Assembly (NCBI GenBank): GCA_964530225.1
Contig: CAZHBA010000110.1
Location: forward strand, 6,958 to 70,957
Source: an uncultured Rhodospirillaceae bacterium
GTDB lineage: Bacteria > Pseudomonadota > Alphaproteobacteria > UBA6615
DNA: 64,000 nucleotides
Direction of reading: 5' to 3'
A model generated the notes under the pieces. That model worked only from the letters and a program-made list of their open reading frames with translations, did not search any database and was not told the origin of the DNA. A program made the translations under genes and the position numbers. Below, piece by piece: positions 60,015-64,000 of this stretch (the stretch's first letter is position 1; each line of letters begins with the position of its first letter).

Positions 60015-60048
60015 CCGGCGCGCCCGCCGCATGGCGGTTGCGCACCGG
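60015..60048. repeat. GC-rich compound hairpin between the binding-protein and permease genes of the sugar ABC operon
   Basis: CCGGCGCGC-CCGCC-GCAT-GGCGG-TTGCGCACCGG has an inner 5-bp stem with a tetraloop and an outer 9-position stem with 8 pairs. It sits just after the SBP stop, on the transcript of the minus strand. Confidence 0.5.
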
Positions 60049-60072
60049 CCCCCGTAAATTACACCGACACAC

Positions 60073-61542
60073 CTAGAACTTGTCGACGTACAGTCCGGCA
60101 TCGACACCCTTGCGCCAGACTTCAATCTGTTCCTTGCGGCCAATATCCTCGGTAACGCCGTTCCAGCCTTTTTCAACATTGGCTGCCGCCTTTTCGGCGG
60201 AAATGTTGCCATTCATGACGCCGGCGAGGTTGTTATCGAGGATCTTCATGTACTCGTAGTGGCCCTCGATGTACAGCAGCGACGTTGTGTACTGGGCGTT
60301 CTTCATCGTCTCCTCGAGGAACTCGTTGGAGAACTTTTTGATGATGCCCGCATTGCCCAGATTGGCTTTGCGGAACGGATCCCAGAAGCCCTTCGGATGC
60401 GCGATCGCCCGGTTGCCGACCGACGGGCTAGTCAGCCACTGGATGAACAGATAGGCAAGCTCTGGGTGGTCGCTATAGGCGTTGACCATATAGCTGGTCC
60501 CCGCCGCTTCCGCGGCGCGGCGCACGAGCTTACCACCGGCGTCCGTCGCGGGGACTACGCAAGGTTTCTGCTTGCCCTTGACGGTGCTCTTCGGATTGGA
60601 GTTGCCGTAACCGAAGATCGAAGGGAACGACATCACCGAATAGGCTTGACCGCTGCCCCAGAACGGATAGATCTGCGGCGTGCCCCAGCCCTGGATATCT
60701 TCCGGCATGTACTGGACAATCGAGGCGAGCTTGTTGATCGCCTTGATGCCCTGCGGCGTATTAATGCGCGGATTCATATCCTTATCGAACAACAGCCCGC
60801 CAAAATAAGCCGGGAAGTGCCGGTGCGAGAAGTTGACCGAGCGATATGCCATGGCGCCGTACAGCGGCTGTTCGAACTTGACGCCCCAGCGGGTTTCGCC
60901 AGCCTTGGTATGGAAGAACTTGGCCTGCTCTTCCCAGTCAGCCATAGTCGCCGGACAGCCGAGCTCCTTGCCGGTAGCTGCCTTAAATTCAGCACGCGCC
61001 TTCGAGTTTTCGACAATATCTTTACGCAACACAAGCATAATGTGATCGCCATCAAGAACAAAGCTGTACTGCTTGCCGTTGTAATACTGTTGCGCGACGA
61101 ACGCCGCGGGGATGCCCGAAAAGTCGGGCTTATATTTCGCCGCATATTCATCGAGGGGATGAATAACGCCAGCGCCAGCCGCATCGGGCTGAGTATACGG
61201 AAAGTCGTTGAAGATATCGAAGGCGCCAGTCTTGGCTACCGCCTCACCCATCACCTTGCTGGGTATATCGGTATAGCCAAGCGGCTCGCTGACAATTTCG
61301 ACGCCAGTCAACTCCTTCCACTCCGCCGCAAAATCAGGCAATGAATTGCGGTAGAGCGAGTTTAGCAACATGTCGAGCTCTGGGTTCTTTAGGCCCTTCG
61401 CTTTGACGTATGCCTTGGCACCGTCGATCGCTCGCTGCGCGACCGGGTCCGTCTGAGCAAAAACGGAAGTCGTCCCCGCTAGGCTCAGCCCGATCATGCT
61501 AGCCAATACAATTATTGATGTTCTAATAAAAGGTTTTCTCAT
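60073..61542 (-). CDS. ABC transporter substrate-binding protein, family 1 (sugar-type)
   Basis: Has the signal peptide MRKPFIRTSIIVLASMIGLSLAGTTSVFA. It is a 489-aa SBP_bac_1-like protein at the head of the operon. Confidence 0.85.
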   Translation of the reverse strand: MRKPFIRTSIIVLASMIGLSLAGTTSVFAQTDPVAQRAIDGAKAYVKAKGLKNPELDMLLNSLYRNSLPDFAAEWKELTGVEIVSEPLGYTDIPSKVMGEAVAKTGAFDIFNDFPYTQPDAAGAGVIHPLDEYAAKYKPDFSGIPAAFVAQQYYNGKQYSFVLDGDHIMLVLRKDIVENSKARAEFKAATGKELGCPATMADWEEQAKFFHTKAGETRWGVKFEQPLYGAMAYRSVNFSHRHFPAYFGGLLFDKDMNPRINTPQGIKAINKLASIVQYMPEDIQGWGTPQIYPFWGSGQAYSVMSFPSIFGYGNSNPKSTVKGKQKPCVVPATDAGGKLVRRAAEAAGTSYMVNAYSDHPELAYLFIQWLTSPSVGNRAIAHPKGFWDPFRKANLGNAGIIKKFSNEFLEETMKNAQYTTSLLYIEGHYEYMKILDNNLAGVMNGNISAEKAAANVEKGWNGVTEDIGRKEQIEVWRKGVDAGLYVDKF

Positions 61543-61815
61543 CGTGCGTCCCCTGTTTCGTTATATTTAACAATATGTTAGAGGCACCATTGTTATTATT
61601 CGCCGCAGAGACACATGGCCTCATGACCGAGTAAAAGCCCTCCGACGCTTCGGCAGACCCCACCACTGACGGCGGAAACCAATTAAGAGGGATTCGCGCC
61701 GCCGGCAACATTACTAGTCGTAGAAGTTAGTATCAATTCCGCGATCATAATTTGCGCTGGATCAATTTGGATCAATAACGACAAAGTGTCGCGGATGGAC
61801 AGACCCGTAACTGAT

Positions 61816-62073
61816 TTACTCGTTATTTTCGCGCGGTCGTGATTCCAGGTCGCTGGTACGTTTCTCCAGCGCTTCCTGTTCGCTGCGTGCCTTGGCTACC
61901 ATTGCCTTAACCACCTCGAATTCGTCGCGCGTTACCAGGTTCATACGCGCGAGGATGCGTTCGACGCGTTGCTGCACGACGGCTTCGATCTCTTCACGCA
62001 TACCGGTGGCGACCCCAGCCGCACTGTTGGCCACCCGTGCCAGATCGTCGAGTAAGCGACTACGCGTTTGCAT
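61816..62073 (-). CDS. ubiK: Ubiquinone biosynthesis accessory factor UbiK / YqiC (BMFP) family protein
   Basis: LLDDLARVANSAAGVATGMREEIEAVVQQRVERILARMNLVTRDEFEVVKAMV is the conserved YqiC coiled-coil core. Confidence 0.8.
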   Translation of the reverse strand: MQTRSRLLDDLARVANSAAGVATGMREEIEAVVQQRVERILARMNLVTRDEFEVVKAMVAKARSEQEALEKRTSDLESRPRENNE

Positions 62074-62186
62074 GGCTATTCTCCTTGCCTACCTCACCAT
62101 ATGGCGGTAGCCGGTGCCGCCGCAAGGTTACATCTCGATACATTGCAGCGCATCGCGCCATCTGCGTATAAGGGCGCAAGTTCAAG

Positions 62187-63185
62187 ATGGGATTAGCCAT
62201 GATCGTCGTAACTGGTGGCGTCGGCTTTATCGGGTCCAATTTGGTCGCTGCGCTGGAAGAGCGCGGCGGCGAGGAAATTATTGTCTGCGATGCCCTGGGC
62301 AACGAAGACAAGTGGCGCAATATCGCCAAGCGCGAGATTACCGAGCTGATCGCGCCCGACGAGTTGCTGAGCTGGCTGGCCTCGAATATCGCCTCGGTGC
62401 ACATAATCTTTCATCTCGGTGCGGTGTCGTCGACCGTCGAGCGTGATGTTGATCTTATGGTCGCCAATAATTTTCGCCTCAGCCAGGAGCTGTGGAAAAT
62501 CTGCGTGCGCCGGGACGTGCGGCTAATCTACGCGTCGTCAGCGGCCGTCTACGGCGACGGCGACGAAGGGTTCGACGACGAATGCTCCCTGAGCGCCATG
62601 ATCCCACTGCGGCCGCTCAATCCCTACGGTTGGTCGAAACTTATGTTCGACCGCAAGGTGGCGCGCTATGCCGACCACAAGACGCGTCTACCGGGCCAGT
62701 GGGCCGGCCTGCGTTTTTTTAACGTCTATGGCCCTAATGAGTACCACAAGGGTGGCCAGCGCAGCGTGGTTCCACAATTCTGGCAGCAGATCAAGGAAAC
62801 CGGTCAAGCCCGGCTGTTTAAATCGGAACACCCCAACTACGCGGACGGTGCACAGGTACGCGACTTCGTTCACGTCGACGATTGCGTAGCCATCATGCTG
62901 TGGCTCTATGACAATTATGGCATATCCGGCCTATTTAATGTCGGTACCGGCCAGCCACGGTCCTTCGAGGACATGGCAAATGCCATATCCAGTGCCATGG
63001 GGGTTGAACCGTATATCAAATATTTCGATATGCCTGACAATGTGCGCGATCAATACCAGTACTTCACGCAAGCGCGAATAGAGCGTCTACGTCAAGCCGG
63101 TTACGATCAGCCGTTCACAACGCTCGAAGACGGTGTTCGATCCTATGTTCAAGATTATTTGGAAACCAGCGATCCTTACCGTTGA
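62187..63185 (+). CDS. hldD: ADP-L-glycero-D-manno-heptose 6-epimerase
   Basis: MIVVTGGVGFIGSNLV, YASSAAVYG, NPYGWSK, FFNVYGPNEYHKG and FNVGTGQPRSF are colinear with E. coli HldD/RfaD. The start is ATG 62187 or 62199. Confidence 0.9.
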   Translation: MGLAMIVVTGGVGFIGSNLVAALEERGGEEIIVCDALGNEDKWRNIAKREITELIAPDELLSWLASNIASVHIIFHLGAVSSTVERDVDLMVANNFRLSQELWKICVRRDVRLIYASSAAVYGDGDEGFDDECSLSAMIPLRPLNPYGWSKLMFDRKVARYADHKTRLPGQWAGLRFFNVYGPNEYHKGGQRSVVPQFWQQIKETGQARLFKSEHPNYADGAQVRDFVHVDDCVAIMLWLYDNYGISGLFNVGTGQPRSFEDMANAISSAMGVEPYIKYFDMPDNVRDQYQYFTQARIERLRQAGYDQPFTTLEDGVRSYVQDYLETSDPYR

Positions 63186-63239
63186 AACAAACATCACCGC
63201 GCCACAAATATGTAGCCTGATGCTACGCCATGAGGAACC

Positions 63240-64000
63240 TTGCCGTTTCCTGACATAGACCCCGTCGCCATCGCGATCGGCCCCTTGGCCATCCGCTGGT
63301 ATGCGCTTGCGTTCATATTTGGCTTGCTTGCCGGCTGGTGGTACATCGGCCAGTTCTTGCGCCAGCCGCCATACATTATGACACGTCCCCAGCTCAGCGA
63401 TTTTTTTACCTGGGCAATTATCGGCGTCATCGTCGGCGGGCGGCTGGGTTACACGTCGTTCTATCAGACGTCCTATTACTTCGATAATCCGATAGAGATA
63501 TTTTTTATCTGGCAAGGCGGCATGTCGTTCCACGGCGGACTGATCGGCGTTGCTATCGCCATCATCTGGTTTACCCGGCGGCGTAACATTCCCATGTTCA
63601 CGCTGGCCGACCTGGTCGCCTGCGCTGCACCGATCAGCTTGTTTCTGGTGCGGCTGGCAAACTTCATTAACGGCGAGCTGTACGGTCGCGCCACCGACGT
63701 ATCGTGGGGAGTGGTGTTTCCCGGCGGTGGCGATCTGCCCCGCCACCCCAGTCAGCTTTACGAAGCGGCGCTGGAGGGCGTGATCCTATTCATCGTGATG
63801 TTCGTCCTGATACGGTTCACCAAGGCGCGTACGCGGCCTGGACTGCTGATAGGCATTTTCCTTACTGGCTACGGCCTGGCGCGTATTTTCGTCGAATTTT
63901 TCCGCGAACCAGATGTCCAGATCGGCTTTCTGGTCAGCGGCACGACCCTGGGCCAATGGCTCTCGGCTCCGGTGCTGGTGGCTGGCATCTATTTCATTTA
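63240..64000 (+). CDS. lgt: Prolipoprotein diacylglyceryl transferase (3' end outside the window)
   Basis: The ORF is open-ended, so it is absent from the track. A TTG at 63240 follows AGGA. The product begins MPFPDIDPVAIAIGPLAIRWYALAF and contains GGRLGY, GGMSFHGGLIG, ANFINGELYGR and HPSQLYEA, all Lgt hallmarks. Confidence 0.9.
   Translation, partial: MPFPDIDPVAIAIGPLAIRWYALAFIFGLLAGWWYIGQFLRQPPYIMTRPQLSDFFTWAIIGVIVGGRLGYTSFYQTSYYFDNPIEIFFIWQGGMSFHGGLIGVAIAIIWFTRRRNIPMFTLADLVACAAPISLFLVRLANFINGELYGRATDVSWGVVFPGGGDLPRHPSQLYEAALEGVILFIVMFVLIRFTKARTRPGLLIGIFLTGYGLARIFVEFFREPDVQIGFLVSGTTLGQWLSAPVLVAGIYFI

Overview
This is a roughly 60% GC chromosomal segment that looks like alphaproteobacterial core genome. 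Supporting signs are a GapR/DUF2312 gene, a DUF1244 gene, a transhydrogenase split into PntAA/PntAB/PntB, uvrC-pgsA-moaDE synteny and a ybjN-proC pair. About 60 protein genes are supportable, and nearly all are housekeeping. They include a Liv-type ABC importer, pyrE, a Dpp/Opp-type ABC importer, two adenylate-forming ligases, rpsU, pntAA-pntAB-pntB, pepF, an acyl-CoA synthetase and a UDP-sugar epimerase. They also include a fused indolepyruvate:ferredoxin oxidoreductase, hemN, an EF-G paralog, an aspartate aminotransferase, uvrB, dsbB plus a dsbA-like gene, an MFS pump, msrA and a CaCA antiporter. The rest are uvrC-pgsA-mobB-moeA-moaD-moaE, ilvE, MarR, an OmpR/EnvZ-type pair, csaA, TetR, proC, a sugar ABC importer, ubiK, hldD and lgt (partial). 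I found no rRNA, tRNA, CRISPR array, transposase, integrase or recognisable defence system, and I do not see a convincing new multi-gene system. Four things are most worth following up. (1) A very good TPP (THI-box) riboswitch sits directly in front of a Liv/PBP1-type ABC importer, a transporter class not classically tied to thiamine. (2) A peroxiredoxin-like gene has an in-frame TGA exactly at the first Cys of its WCPYC redox motif, with a plausible SECIS-like hairpin 12 nt downstream, making it a candidate selenoprotein. (3) Several otherwise intact reading frames are broken only by in-frame stop codons (TGA, TAA, double TAG) rather than frameshifts. (4) A degraded, partly AT-rich islet lies at about 40.0-42.2 kb. 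Start codons were chosen by eye from homolog N-termini and Shine-Dalgarno sequences. All RNA structures were paired by hand. No database search or folding computation was possible.
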